DNA of 64,000 bases. It comes from Mobula hypostoma (taxonomy: Eukaryota). Position 1 is the first letter of the stretch, and every line of letters begins with the position of its first letter. Location of the stretch: positions 162,876,001-162,940,000 of the forward strand of contig NC_086097.1 of NCBI RefSeq assembly GCF_963921235.1, read 5' to 3'. The notes below the pieces were generated by a model, which was not told the DNA's origin, did no database searches, and worked only from the letters and a program-made list of their open reading frames with translations. Shown here in pieces: positions 39,184 to 51,414 of the stretch. The position numbers were made by a program, and so were the translations under genes.

Positions 39184-41009
39184 GGTACAATATTATCGTC
39201 AGTTAAAGTACAGCAGCTCATGTTCTCAGGGTGTGTCAAGGTGCTTTCCAGCCAGTGGAATATTTGCGGAATGCATTCACTGGGGTTGAAGGACCGTGTT
39301 TGTGTACAGTGGGGGGGGGGGCGGGGGGAAGGAGGGGAAACAAGGCTTGTTTTGCTGCTCTCGTTTTGTTACTTGTTGTATTCAGTTTTGCTCTGTGTTG
39401 TTCATTGTGGGCACGCTATGTTGGCTCTGGATTGTGCGGCAACACTTACGGGCTACCCCAGCTAATGTTAGGTTGTGTTGGTTGTTAACGCAAATGACAT
39501 CATTTCACCCTATGTTTCAATGTACATCTCATAAGTAAATGAATTCCTAAATTACAGCATTCTAACTCTGAGGTAAGAGGACTACCATTAAACAAAGCCA
39601 CTATACTCAAGTACTTTTCCTTCTACACTATTTCATGCAGCCATTGGCTTCTCTTCAAATATAAAAATTCAATTTCAGTGACTCTGTCTTCCACTGGACT
39701 CTAGTGCCCTGTGTTTCTAGAACTGTTTTCCAGTAATGCATATTTAAAGGGCTCTCAGTTACTGGTAGCAAAGTATTTTCAACTTTAGTTCACTAAACCC
39801 TGTTTACTTTACAACGCACCTTACTTTGAAAATTCTTGCCAGCGGTGCTGCACTGAAAAAAAAAATGCAACTATAAATGTTACCTCCAAGTTGAGTTCAC
39901 TTATTTCCATAACAGGTTGAAAATTTGAGTACCAAGATACAAGATGGCATTAGCAAATCTCTTGTTGTGGTCTCCTTGAGCATTCAACAAGCTCAAGACC
40001 AAGGCTGCAGCGGTTCCACATTAACTGACTTCAGCAGTTGTGGTATCGGCTCCAGGTGAAAACTGCTGCCTTTGCCAGAAAGCCTCTGTCTCATTTAACA
40101 CCAAGAGAACTGACAACTCATGGCCAAGTCTATCTATAGGACTTACCACCTATTCTACAACAGCATTGTGAGAGTCCTCTCCAGAATAAATAATTATTTA
40201 TTGCAATTCCATCATCTTTACTTTGAAAGGATGCATGTTATTAATAATTGGACACTGACAACTACTCATAGAAATATTAATAAAAATATCAATTATTTCC
40301 AAATTTCATTAATCAGTGTTTTCTAAGTGTTAATAGCTGCTGTGTCAATACTTCACAGTATGTAGTTCGGCAGATAGTCATTGAAGAAAGGTTCGTTTAT
40401 GGCATTTCACCATTGCTAGACTAGTCATGAATCTTCCCATTCTAACACCTTTCTCATGTGTGACGTGGGCACCACTGGCAGAACTGGGAAGCAAGGTCAA
40501 TTCCAATTGCCCCTATACTGAGGAGGCTGTCACAAATCTGCAACATCCATGGGTCTGGACTCACACAAAGGACCGATGGGATGAAAATGGTAGATCAGCT
40601 CTCTAACCACTTACAAACACGCAGCAGTTTTACTGGTAATAATTGTTTATCCCAGATTTATTTAAATGACCCACTCTTCAAGGTTCAAAGTCAACTTCTT
40701 CCCCAGTGCTTCATATTTTTGAACAAACCTGTATGTTTTTTTAACCAAATTATATCTAATTTATATTAGTGTGAATTTATGCTAATTATATTATGCTAAT
40801 TTGTTTGCCATGTTTCTACTGTGCTGCTGCTGTCGCAAAAAGCTCATTTTCATGGCTTTTATACCCTGGCTATGCATGGTCATGCTGACTACTTAAACTT
40901 GAACTAAATGCACTTGAATTTAATAAACTGCAAGGTAGGCCTTGAACTTAAGACTCTCCGTGTCTGTCCAGTGAAATAAGCATTAGACTATCCAGAACAC
41001 TATGCCAGC

Positions 41010-41215
41010 CCCACTACATGTTGAGTTGGTATGTTCTCCCTGTGGTCACATGAGTTTCCCCATGACGTTCTCCCAGATCCACTGTAATTGTCTGTGTGAG
41101 GAGTAGAATCTGATGAGGAATATGAAGAAAATCAAATGGGTTGGGGTGGCAGTGTAGTGGCTAGTATGGACTCCGGCTGAAGGGCCTGTTTCCATACTGT
41201 GTCTATCTATGACTA
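41010..41215 (+). mobile_element. Degenerate V-SINE
   Basis: gagttggtatgttctccctgtggtcacatgagtttcc; CR1-like tail ggctgaagggcctgtttccatactgt. Confidence 0.6.
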
Positions 41216-41619
41216 CGTTGTTAATCCCACAGCCTTTAAGTGGTCATCTGAGTATATCATTAATGTGTCTTTGTTAAAAGTAGAAAAGAAACATACAAGT
41301 TTATTTTATTTACATGTAAATTAGCCCAGAAATGTGTAAAGGCTGGCCAATTTTTAACTCATTGGCTGAACCTGTTGCATTGTTGTATAAGTCAAACAAG
41401 GAGATCTTCTGTAATTACAGGTTGCAATACTATATAAACATTAACAATTTGTGGATGTCGCTGTGCATTGCATCTAAACCAGTGGTGCACAAAATTTTGG
41501 TGAGAAGGGCCAGAGTTACAATGTAAGTGCTCATCAAGAGAAAGATGTTTTGCTTTAACCCCATGTAACCAGATATTTATATCTATAATCACATGAAACA
41601 ATTTAAATCCTATAGCTCT

Positions 41620-41886
41620 TGCTGCTCCATCTTCTACCTTCCTTCTGCTTCACTTACTTCCCCCTCCCTCCTCCCCTCAACTCACTCTCAACTCCACCAA
41701 CTCACTCCTCCTCCATTCACAGCCTCTCCCCTCTGATTCCCACTACCCTCCTCCCTCACTGCTTCACCCCTCCTTACTCCACTCACTCATCCTCCCCTCA
41801 CTCCTCCATTCACTCCCCTTTCCACATTTTCCCCTCCCCGCTCTACTCACAGTCCTTCTCCTGCAGCTCCCCCCCCCCACCCCTTC
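41620..41886. repeat. C/T-rich low-complexity tract
   Basis: Degenerate ctcactcc and cctcc units. Confidence 0.8.
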
Positions 41887-42409
41887 CAAAGAGTGAAGGT
41901 ACACACCTACGCAGATGACACCTGTGCAGGCTTGACCTGAGGAGACTCAACTTCAAGCACAACTAAGGGCAACCTACTCAGCAACACCAAAGAGGGGAAC
42001 AGAGGGGTAAGGGCAGATGCTGTTTTCAGGTCTGATCGAGGTGCACTGAAGGGCCTGTTCCTGTTCTGTACCACTCTTTGTTCACTGTGCTAAGGGTTCT
42101 ATGGCAAATGACTACACTCTACGTACACCTCATTTAGAACAGGACAATCACATTTTCAGAGAGGCACAAGTTGACCCGACGAACGTGGCATTTGCATTGC
42201 AAAAGCAAGCAAAGATTTGTGGAAATAAATTTTACATGTTGGGGATGAGGTCAGCCCATGCGTGTGGCACCATCACCAACACCTGCAGCATGTGATGTAC
42301 TTTAGAAAGTTGGGGAATTGAGGGCCATGGGAAACTAGCACAAAAGATTAGCCACAATGATACTGAGTGACAGAGTAAGTCTGAAGAAACAACTTCCCAG
42401 TTACTTACC

Positions 42410-42680
42410 TACCCCCCCCCACCCGGTTTCACCTATCACCTTGTGTTTCTCACCCCCCTCCCCCACCTTTTAATCTACTCCTCACCGTTTTTCCCTCCAG
42501 TCTTGCCGGAGGGTCCCGGCCCAAAATGTCAACTGTACTTTTTTTCTACAGCTGCTGCCCGGCCTGCTGAGGTCCTCCAGCATTTTGGGTGTGTTGCTGA
42601 AGGAACTCAGTAGGTTGAGCAGCATCTGCGGGGGAAAGGAACTGTCAACATTTTGGGTTGAGGCCCTGCATCAGGAAGAC
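42410..42680. repeat. Two opposed degenerate Penelope-like terminal repeats
   Basis: A plus copy runs to ~42598 and is followed directly by a minus copy to ~42677. Both have decayed hammerhead motifs. Confidence 0.7.
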
Positions 42681-43163
42681 GTTTGCTGATTGACCACAGC
42701 ACTGTAGTAATTTACATGAGAGAATTAAAAATAATATCTCCAAGTTTGCAAACAGCACGTAGCTGGATGGGAGTGCGAGCTGTGAGATGGAAGGAAGGGG
42801 GGATTCAAAGTCATCTGGAGAAGTTAAGTGAGGGTTCAAATGCACGGCAGTTGTGATATAATGTGGATAAATGTTTTGTTATCCAGCTTGACCAAATAAT
42901 TGGAAGATATATTATTATTTGAATAGCAACAGATTTAAAAAAAGGAAGGTTCAATGATCTGGATTTTGTTTGGCATCAATAAAAATGTCTACCAAGGCAG
43001 TTAAGGCAGCAAAACTGAATGATCAGGTATGACCACATTGAATGGTGAAAGGATTAACTGGCCTACTCCCACCCCGACTTTCAATGTTTCTATGACCTCC
43101 ATGTTAATGTGCTGCAAGCAGCTCTCGCTCAAGCCATATGGAAGTCATTTTTAAATATCTCAC

Positions 43164-43306
43164 CTTGTATTTCTCAGTGATGTTTTCAATGGCGGAGATG
43201 AGATTATAAGGAGCTAGGTCAAACCCTGTGAAGTTAATTGCCATCAAACTGGCTTCCAGGTTGTCGAGGTCAAACAGCAGAAGCCCTGTACATTCATCAT
43301 CACAAG
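43164..43306 (-). CDS. LAMA1: LAMA1 exon, 143 nt, start of coiled coil: (S)CDDECTGLLLFDLDNLEASLMAINFTGFDLAPYNLISAIENITEKYK
   Basis: Acceptor ctcctcag, donor gtgaga; CDDEC motif; phase 1 to 0. Confidence 0.94.
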
Positions 43307-44439
43307 CTGAGGAGTGAAGGATGTGAAATGTGAAAAACAAAGTGTTCTTCATTCAAGAAATTGAAAACACTATTACAATGATTTTGCTGCTTTACCAATA
43401 AAAATATTTAAGAAGAATCTTTTAACTTCCATTTGTAAAACTGCACCTGTATATTCTACTGGACCCCTCCCACCTTTGTAATCCCAGCATTCAGATACCT
43501 GCAGAATGACTAAACAATCCATGATATTCTGGAAGCAATGCTCATTATTAATCATCACAATTTCTTCCAGAACCAGGAATTTGCACCAACAATCTTTCTC
43601 TGCCCTTTCAGCACTTGTATTTTAATCAAGTCATGATTGTGGGCCCTTTACATCCTTATTCTGTGCCTTTCTGTCCATATTTTAGATGATTTTCACTGGT
43701 GAGCCCCACTTCCTTTCTAAGTATCTTCACTTGTCTTCATTTCCAGCTAAATTTTGCTTGATGTATGTGAAAGGAACAAATAGTCTTTATGTTAACTTCT
43801 AGATCCTACTCTTCTGCCTCCGTCACTACTGCAAATAAATAAGTTAATAGTACATCTGCAACTTTCTCCTCTAAAGAAAAATCTGAACACAACGCTATCT
43901 TATGTAAATTACTGTTATTTGGTGTTTCCATTTTCAGACTTAAAAGCCCTAATTTATCCAAACATGCTTTATTTGAATATGTAAAGTTTGGGATGGGCAG
44001 CTCCCTGTGCTCTTCATTAACTTCCGGGCTGAGCAGGATTGGAAATAAATAAAACCTGCAAGTTTCAAAACTGACTCATTCTCCCTAGGCAAGTTAACTC
44101 TGAGCTCATGGCCCCAATTGTTACATCCACTTAAATAACACGGAATGGTGGATTTCTTTCAAAATGCTCCCATGCAAAGGATTGAAAAGTTTCTTTGAAA
44201 GTAGACCGACTTGCCTTTCAGGCTTTGGAGTTCAATGTGCGACTCTCAGGGCAAGATTCAAACTATAATCAAACATGAGGTTACTTATGACTCTGGGTGT
44301 TAATACAAAATGCACCACATGATTAGCTAACCACTGCACATGTCTCATGATTTTCTTTTTTGTTTCAATAGAAGTGGCCTCCTCCACTCAATTATGTACT
44401 ATCTGTCTCCATAAGAAAGAGGTTGTCTACTTCCATCAA

Positions 44440-44733
44440 GTTGTTCAGCAAATCTGCACTAACCATCACTTTTATTCTCCCCACATTCTTGCCAGATTCT
44501 ACCACTCACCTAGACACTAGAGGAAATTTACAGTGGCCAATCATACATCTTTGGGATGTGGGAGGAACCAGGAACAGCCAGGGAAAACCCACAAGAAAAT
44601 GCAACATCATCACAGACAGCACCGGAGGTCGGCTTTGAACCCAGGTCTCTGAAGCTGTGAGGCAGCAGTTCTGTTAGTTGTGCCACCTCTTCAAAGAAGC
44701 CAAGTTGGCACAGCTAACAGAACCGCTGCCTCA
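44440..44733 (-). mobile_element. V-SINE with an inverted duplication of its 5' end
   Basis: ttgggatgtgggaggaaccaggaacagccagggaaaaccca (V-domain, reverse); arms at 44658-44685 and 44706-44733. Confidence 0.7.
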
Positions 44734-44899
44734 TAGAGTGATTTTCATGTCCTGCTATGGACACATAAAGAGACAAACTATCGTTAATTGACACTTCTCA
44801 GCTTGAACTGGAACTAAGCAGTTCCACAAAACAGGCATCACTGCCTGGCAGCAACCGTATAGTTGGTGCCGTACAAATGAATAGAGCCACAGTACGAAC

Positions 44900-45762
44900 T
44901 GTGACGAGAATACACATAAAATTAAGATGTTTGCTGGTCTGGGTTAGCATCAGTGACATCAGCAAGTGGTCTGCCACCTGCCCTCAGGGGAAGGAGAGAT
45001 AAGGAACAATGGAGCAGCGTCTGGAGATGTGTAATGAAGGGACGGGGGAGAGAGAGCTGTCTGGAGCGGCTCCCCCCTTTGAACCTTGAACTGTTTGAAG
45101 TGGTGGACAGGCGATGCCCCAGCAGGGGGATAAAAAGGGACCGGTTCGCTAAGGCAGGACACACACGCCACCTGAGGTAACGAGACCCTGGAAGCAGTAC
45201 GCCTCTCACGAGTTGGTGAGAAGTACCAGACAACGCACAGGGTGGAAAGGTACGATCAGCGGGAACCCGATGTGTGTCCGCCCTTGCCTGGGTGCCGGGT
45301 TCACTGCAGAGGATCGACCGCATCTGGAGGAGTGGTCACAGTCGGTGACCTCAGGTGACATCACCAAGGACCCGCCCAAAAGTTGCTTGTGAGCCATCTC
45401 GCCGGTCTGTGAGTGAAGCAGTGTCTGAATGATCAGTTGTTCCTGTTCCCTCTCTCTCTTCCCCCACGTTGTCCATCGCCATGGCAACGATTACTGCGAA
45501 CTGAACTACTAAATTGGACTGAACTTTGAGTCACTTTGAAATTTGGTCATTTACCCCTAGACAACGATAGAGCTTGATTGATGCTGTTATCTTAATTCTG
45601 TGCACATGTGTGTTTATCATCGCTGAACTGTTGCATTTATTATCCTTTCGATTACTGTGTTGCTTGTTTCTTTAATAAAACTTTCTTAGTTCTAGTACTC
45701 CAGACTCCAACTGAGTGATCCATTTCTGCTGGTTTGGCAACCCAGTTACGGGGTACGTAACA
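44900..45762 (+). mobile_element. Solo LTR, 863 bp (gypsy/ERV-like)
   Basis: TGTGACG...CGTAACA termini; 4-bp TSD GAAC (44896-44899, 45763-45766); AATAAA at ~45674; CpG-rich. Orientation inferred from the AATAAA. Confidence 0.88.
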
Positions 45763-46238
45763 GAACACTGTGGCAAAGTGTGATTGCGGTTCATTACAGA
45801 TCAATATCCCAAGTGCCTTGTTTCTCGTCACTGTCCCTTGCACACAGCCTTGAAAGTTCTGATAGCTGTAAGGATCAGGTAAGTGCTCAGATGAATCACT
45901 GAGTCAGAAGTAAACCTCCTTCATGCTCACGACAAACACACAACCATTCAGTAGAGGTAAGAAGAAAGAACATTGACCTCCTTCCTCTATCAGAGACATT
46001 GAAGCAATTGCTTCCATGGCTGAGATTAAGTATCAGAGCACTGAGAACCTCAGCCATCTGATTGGTTCAAATGCAAAGCAGGTAATTTTAGTTTTAATTT
46101 GGAAAGGCCTGTGATTAAATCCACTCTTAAAAATGTTCTGAGTTGAATCATCATTCAGAAAATCAATAAAATGCTTCCCTTTAAAATTCTGTAAAGCAAA
46201 TTATAGAGAAAGCAGGCAGTTTAAGAAGGGATACTTAC

Positions 46239-46432
46239 ATATGCATTCAGTTTCCACCAGCACATGCTTACGTTCACACTGATCACAGAGACGACCCGTA
46301 ACACCCAATTTGCAAATGCAATAGCCCAGGAGAGAATCACAGTTATTATGGATGGAACCACTTGGATTACATTCACATTTATGACACTTCCCATCTGAAG
46401 CACGTGGGTTACCATAGTGACCAGGAGCACAT
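46239..46432 (-). CDS. LAMA1: LAMA1 exon, 194 nt: CAPGHYGNPRASDGKCHKCECNPSGS...CERKHVLVETECI
   Basis: Acceptor gtctccag, donor gtaagt; lies within ORF 46201..46503; phase 2 to 1. Confidence 0.94.
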
Positions 46433-46818
46433 CTGGAGACATGGAGGGATAAGTAATTATTGAGGAAAACACAGGTATTTAATACCACTTTTCTGATTTC
46501 CAAAGTATTTTTCAGAGTTTACAAAACTTGGTAGCAGAACACCCACATATTAAAATGAGTGTATTGATGTAACCAAGACTTACCTTAGTTCCTTAATTGA
46601 ACGTAATTCTGAATGAATTTACATTTTGCATGAACATCATAAAACCAAATGTGCTGACTAGGTTCAGATCTTCTCATTAAATAATATTGCTTGTTGCTGC
46701 ACACTGATTAATACAAGCCATTTTCATCTTAAAATTGTACAGTTGATTTATACTCTTGATAAACCTGTCACCCCACAACTAAACAAGCTCCAAGCTGCAC
46801 AGTAACAGTAAAACCAAC

Positions 46819-46905
46819 CTTTCACAGTACTGTCCTTCATAGCCAGGCAGGCAGGCATTACAGCGGAAATCACTCACACCTTCTAACACGCACGTGGGGC
46901 TAAAG
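46819..46905 (-). CDS. LAMA1: LAMA1 exon, 87 nt: FSPTCVLEGVSDFRCNACLPGYEGQYCE(R)
   Basis: Acceptor tttctctccag, donor gttggt; phase 2 to 2. Confidence 0.93.
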
Positions 46906-47519
46906 CTGGAGAGAAATGGGATAGAGGAAAATTATGTTAAGGCCAAGTAGATGCCACGTGTTCATGGGAATTGAAGTCCCTTGATCAACAACTCAAATGC
47001 AAACTGAAAGTATCTTGGCTGGAAGTGGATTTGGGACGCATGGAATTCTGTTGTTCGTAATAAATATCTCAGTACTGGGACCAAGAAACTACTGGGGGGC
47101 GGGGGGAGGTTAAATTATATGATGGGATAATAATGGGTAGCACCGTTTCAGCAGCCCAAGACAAAATCATTACAATGAAGTTACTCGGCTGGAATGCTGA
47201 GTGTTCAGTTGAAAGTTGATACCACCTGTCAATATGTTTTACATTATTACCACATGTAAAATAACCACACTAAATTTACAATTAAGAGATAACTTAAAAT
47301 TGAAATCCCTTTGATTAACCAAATCAAACAGACAGTCTAACTGACTTGAGTGTTTGAGTCTGATACTGATGAACTGAAGTAACTTAATCAAGGGAAATCG
47401 GTGCAAAAACTCAGCAGGATTTAAAAAGCGAGCCGTGAAAACTCGACCAATTTGAGCTTACTTCTTTCTAAAAAGCACCACAGGTGGATGTGGATCTCAG
47501 TAAAACATTTAAAATCTCT

Positions 47520-47815
47520 GAAAGTCATGCATCAGAGAAACAGGCCCTTCAGCCTACTGAGTTTACACTACCAGCAAGCGCTCATCTACACCAATCCTAT
47601 TTTCTATTCCATCAACCCCCTGTAGATTCTTCCACTCACACAAAGAGGGGGCAATTTACTTTGGCTGATCAACCTATCGACCTACATGTCTTTGGTACAT
47701 GAGAGGAAACCAGAGCACCAGCAGGAAGCCCACAAAGTCACAGGGAGAACATGCAAATGCCTCACAGATCAGGATCAAATCCAGGGCAATGTAGCTGTGT
47801 TGCTGTGCTGCCTGT
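47520..47815 (-). mobile_element. V-SINE (HE1-like)
   Basis: gaggaaaccagagcaccagcaggaagcccacaaagtcacagggagaacatgcaaa. Confidence 0.7.
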
Positions 47816-48031
47816 TTCAATTTATTTGAAATAATGTCTTGCTTTTGACAACTTTATCTGTTAAATTCAGCACAAAGGTGCTTGTGTATATAACTTCATT
47901 AGAAAGGATTGCAAACTAGCGGGCTAGATCTGCACCCTGACTGATTCTGTTGGTGGTTCAGTCAGGACCAAACTTAATGCCTCAGCTCTTCCTTTGTACT
48001 TCCCCATCACACCCAGTTATCACAGTGTTGT

Positions 48032-48875
48032 AAACACAACAGACTCTGCAGATGCTGGAACACACCCAAAATGCTGGAGGCAGTGCCTTTGGAGGGGAAT
48101 AAACCGTCGGTGTTTTGGGCTGATACCATTCATCAGGACTGGAAAGGAAGGACAGCAGAAGCCAGAATAGGAAGGCAGAGGGAGGGGAAGGAGTACAAGC
48201 TAGCAGGTGACAAGTGAGAATAGGTGAGGGGAAAGGGTGACGGGTGGGGAGGGGGGATGAAGTAAGAAGCTGGGAGGTGGTAGGTTCAAGAGCCAAAGAA
48301 ATAAAGGGAAGTCAAATTGAAATGGGTGAGGTGGTGAGGTGACACTTCACCTGCAAATCTGTGGGGGTTATCTATTGTAGCTGGTGCTCTTGATCCAGCC
48401 TCCTCTACATTGGTGAGACCCGGCACAGGTTGGGGGACCACTCTATCAAGCACCTGCGCTTGGACTGCCACAAATAGCAAGATTTTCTGGTGGCCCCCAT
48501 TTCAATTCAGCTTCCCATTTCCATTCTGACATGTCTGCCCATGGCCTCCTCTACTGCCTCCCTCCAGTTCCCCTCCTTCCCTTTCTTCCTTGGTCTACAG
48601 TCCTCTCCTGTCAGATTCGTTATTCTTCAGCAATTTGTCTCTTCCGCCAATCCTGTCCCAGTTTCTTACCTCAAGATACTCCCTCACCACCCACCTTCCC
48701 CCTCACCTGGGTCTCACCTATCACCAGCCAGCTTACATTCCTTCTCTTTCCCCACCTTTCATCTGCCCCCTTCCTTTCCAGTCCTAAAGAGGGGTATCGG
48801 CCCTAAACATTGATTGTTTATTCACCACCATTGATGCTGCCTGACTTGCTGAGTTCCTCCAGCATTTTGTGTGGG
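48032..48875. mobile_element. Penelope-like insertion with inverted arms and a GIY-YIG remnant
   Basis: Minus terminal repeat at 48032-48300; plus HFTCKSVGVIYC...LYIGET remnant at ~48340-48420; terminal repeat to 48875; 14-bp TSD TATCACAGTGTTGT (48018-48031, 48876-48889). Confidence 0.88.
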
Positions 48876-48977
48876 TATCACAGTGTTGTGGGAGAAACAC
48901 TGTGGAAATTACTTTCCTTTTGCTCAGGAAAGGAAGTCAACCTCTGCAGCTTGCATTTGCCTGTAATCATACTTTAC

Positions 48978-49099
48978 CTGCCAAGATGGGGCCTGGGACA
49001 GGCGCAGAGTGAGCAGTCATTGATAGATCCATTTACTCTACCATAATATCCTGAAGCACACACTTCACAGTGATCTCCTGCTGTATTGTCTCGACATCC
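48978..49099 (-). CDS. LAMA1: LAMA1 exon, 122 nt: GCRDNTAGDHCEVCASGYYGRVNGSINDCSLCACPRPHLG(S)
   Basis: Acceptor aaaccag, donor gtaaag; LE repeat; phase 0 to 2. Confidence 0.93.
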
Positions 49100-49149
49100 C
49101 TGGTTTACAGAAATAGAGAATCACAAATAGATTGTTGTCACTCAGCAGG

Positions 49150-49445
49150 TTTTATTTACTTATTTATTGATTGAGATACAGTGTGGAAAAGGCCCTTCTG
49201 GCACTTTTGAGCCACGCTACCCAGCAATTCCCTGATTTAATCCTAGCCTAATCACAGGACAATTTACAATGACCAATTAACCTCCCTACTGGTACACCTT
49301 TGGACTGTGGGAGGAAACCGGGGCATCCGAAGGAAACCCATGCGGTCACGGGGAGAACGTAAAAAATTCCTTACATGCAACAGCGGGAACTGAAGCCGGG
49401 TGACCTGTACTGTAAAGCATTCTGCTAACCACTACGCCTCCGTGT
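49150..49445 (-). mobile_element. V-SINE (HE1-like), well preserved
   Basis: tttggactgtgggaggaaaccggggcatccgaaggaaacccatgcggtcacggggagaacgt is the reverse V-domain; tRNA-like head gcgtagtggttagc; (AAAT)n tail. Confidence 0.8.
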
Positions 49446-51124
49446 TGTTGTGTGGTGGGAATAATCCATGTACGTTGATTAAGTGTGGCGTAACTGAAGC
49501 AAAAAATTGTCCAAATGGGATTGACAAGATAACGCTAAAGCAATTAGGCTCTGAAGAACAACCTCTAAGTAGAAATAAAATGCTTATTTCTTCACAGCAC
49601 TGAGGATTTCCTTTGCAACATTTTTAACTGAAGTCATGTTTCTTTACTGCCTGCTGAAGCATTAAAAGTTGACTTTGTTGATTTGTTGTACATTAATCCA
49701 CTGGAGGCGGCCAATCGGACCTCTGAACCCCTGAAGTTATCCTTTATTCTTTCGCAGAATATGGGTGTCACTGGCTATGTCTCCATTTATTATCAGATCT
49801 AAATGGACTTGAGAGGCAAGCAGTGAACACCATCCTAAGTACTTCAGTCTCTTTTAGTTAGGGTGGTGATGCTGTTGCCAATAATATGCGGCAAATGGTC
49901 ACACTTAGGAACATCAACTGTGGCCAAGAATGTTTAATACTTGTAACTTAATTCAAGACCTGGCTCTGATAGAGATCGTATATCTATCTGAAGTATTATT
50001 TTCCAATCCAAGATACCTGAGCATAACTACAGACATGAAATCTTTTGGAGATAAATTAATTGTTATGACTTGAGCTATGTTCCATTCATAAATGGGAGAC
50101 ATATTAAACCAGGACTTCACCGGAGATTATTGTGTGGGTTTAACAGCAATCAATACAACACTAACAAATGGTATTTATTGTAAATAATATTAAAATAAAT
50201 CCAGCTAAAATTGATACTTTAAATCAAATAGATAAACTAGCCGTCCAAAAAGGTCAGGTTGCCATAAAATGTCTAAAGGACAAACATGTCCTTTAGATCT
50301 CATTTTGTTATAACCGGAAAATAAAACATTTTTAGTTAGTTGAGTGCAACTTACACTTGGCGGGGGTGGGGGGGGGGTCAGTTGGCAAATTAAGAAGTAT
50401 ACTCCCTTCTTTTAAAAGGGTATACATAATACCACAGGGGGTGGGATGGAGGGCGAGGTGGTTATGAAGTTCGTAAAACATAGGAGCAGAACTAAGCCCA
50501 TCGAATCTGCCCCGCCATTCCATCATGGCTAATTTATAACCCTTCTCAATCCCATTCTCTTGCCTTCTCCCCATAACCTTTGATGCTTTACCTAAGGAAG
50601 AACCTATCAATCTCCACTTCAAGTATACCCAATGGCTTCGCTTCCACAGCCATTTATGGCATATGGATTCCAATCCTCTGGTGAAAAAAATTCCTTCTCA
50701 TCTACGTTCTAAATGGATGTTGTTCTATTCTGAGGCTGTGCCTCGTAGTCCTAGACTCTCCTGTGAAGGGAAACTTCCTCCACACATCCATTTTATCCAG
50801 GCCATTCAATAATTAATAGGTTTCAATGAGATTCCCCTTCATTCTTCTGAACTCCAGCGAGTACAGGCCCAAAACCATTGAACATTTCTCATATGTTAAC
50901 CCTTTCATTCCTGGAATCATTCTTGGAAATGTCCTCTGGACACTCTCCAAGGCCAGGACATCTTTTCTTAGATATGGGAACCAACACGGCTCACAATACT
51001 CCAAGTGCAGTCTGACCAATGCCTTACAGAGCATCAGCTTTACATCATTTGTCTTATATTCTAGTCCTCTCAAAATGTATGCAAACACCATCCTCTGGTT
51101 AAAAAAATTCTTTCTCATCTAGAG

Positions 51125-51414
51125 GATCTGGGTTTTTCCCCCCCTCGCCCTTTTCCTTCTCCCTGGGCCTCCTGTCCCATGATCCTCTCATATCCCTTTT
51201 GCCAATCATCTGTCCAGCCCTTGGCTCCATCCCTCCCCCTCCTGTCTTCTCCTATCATTTTGGATCTCCCCCTCCCCTCCCACTTTCAAATCTCTTACTA
51301 GCTCTTCCTTCCATTAGCCCTGACGAAGGGTCTCAGCCCGAAACGTCGACTGTACCTCTTCCTAGAGATGCTGCCTGGCCTGCTGCGTTCACCAGCAAAT
51401 TTGATGTGTGTTGC
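51125..51414 (+). mobile_element. Penelope-like terminal repeat with hammerhead core (51315-51352)
   Basis: Closely matches 36150-36440; tagcc-ctgacga-agggtctcagccc-gaaacgtc-gactg. Confidence 0.87.
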
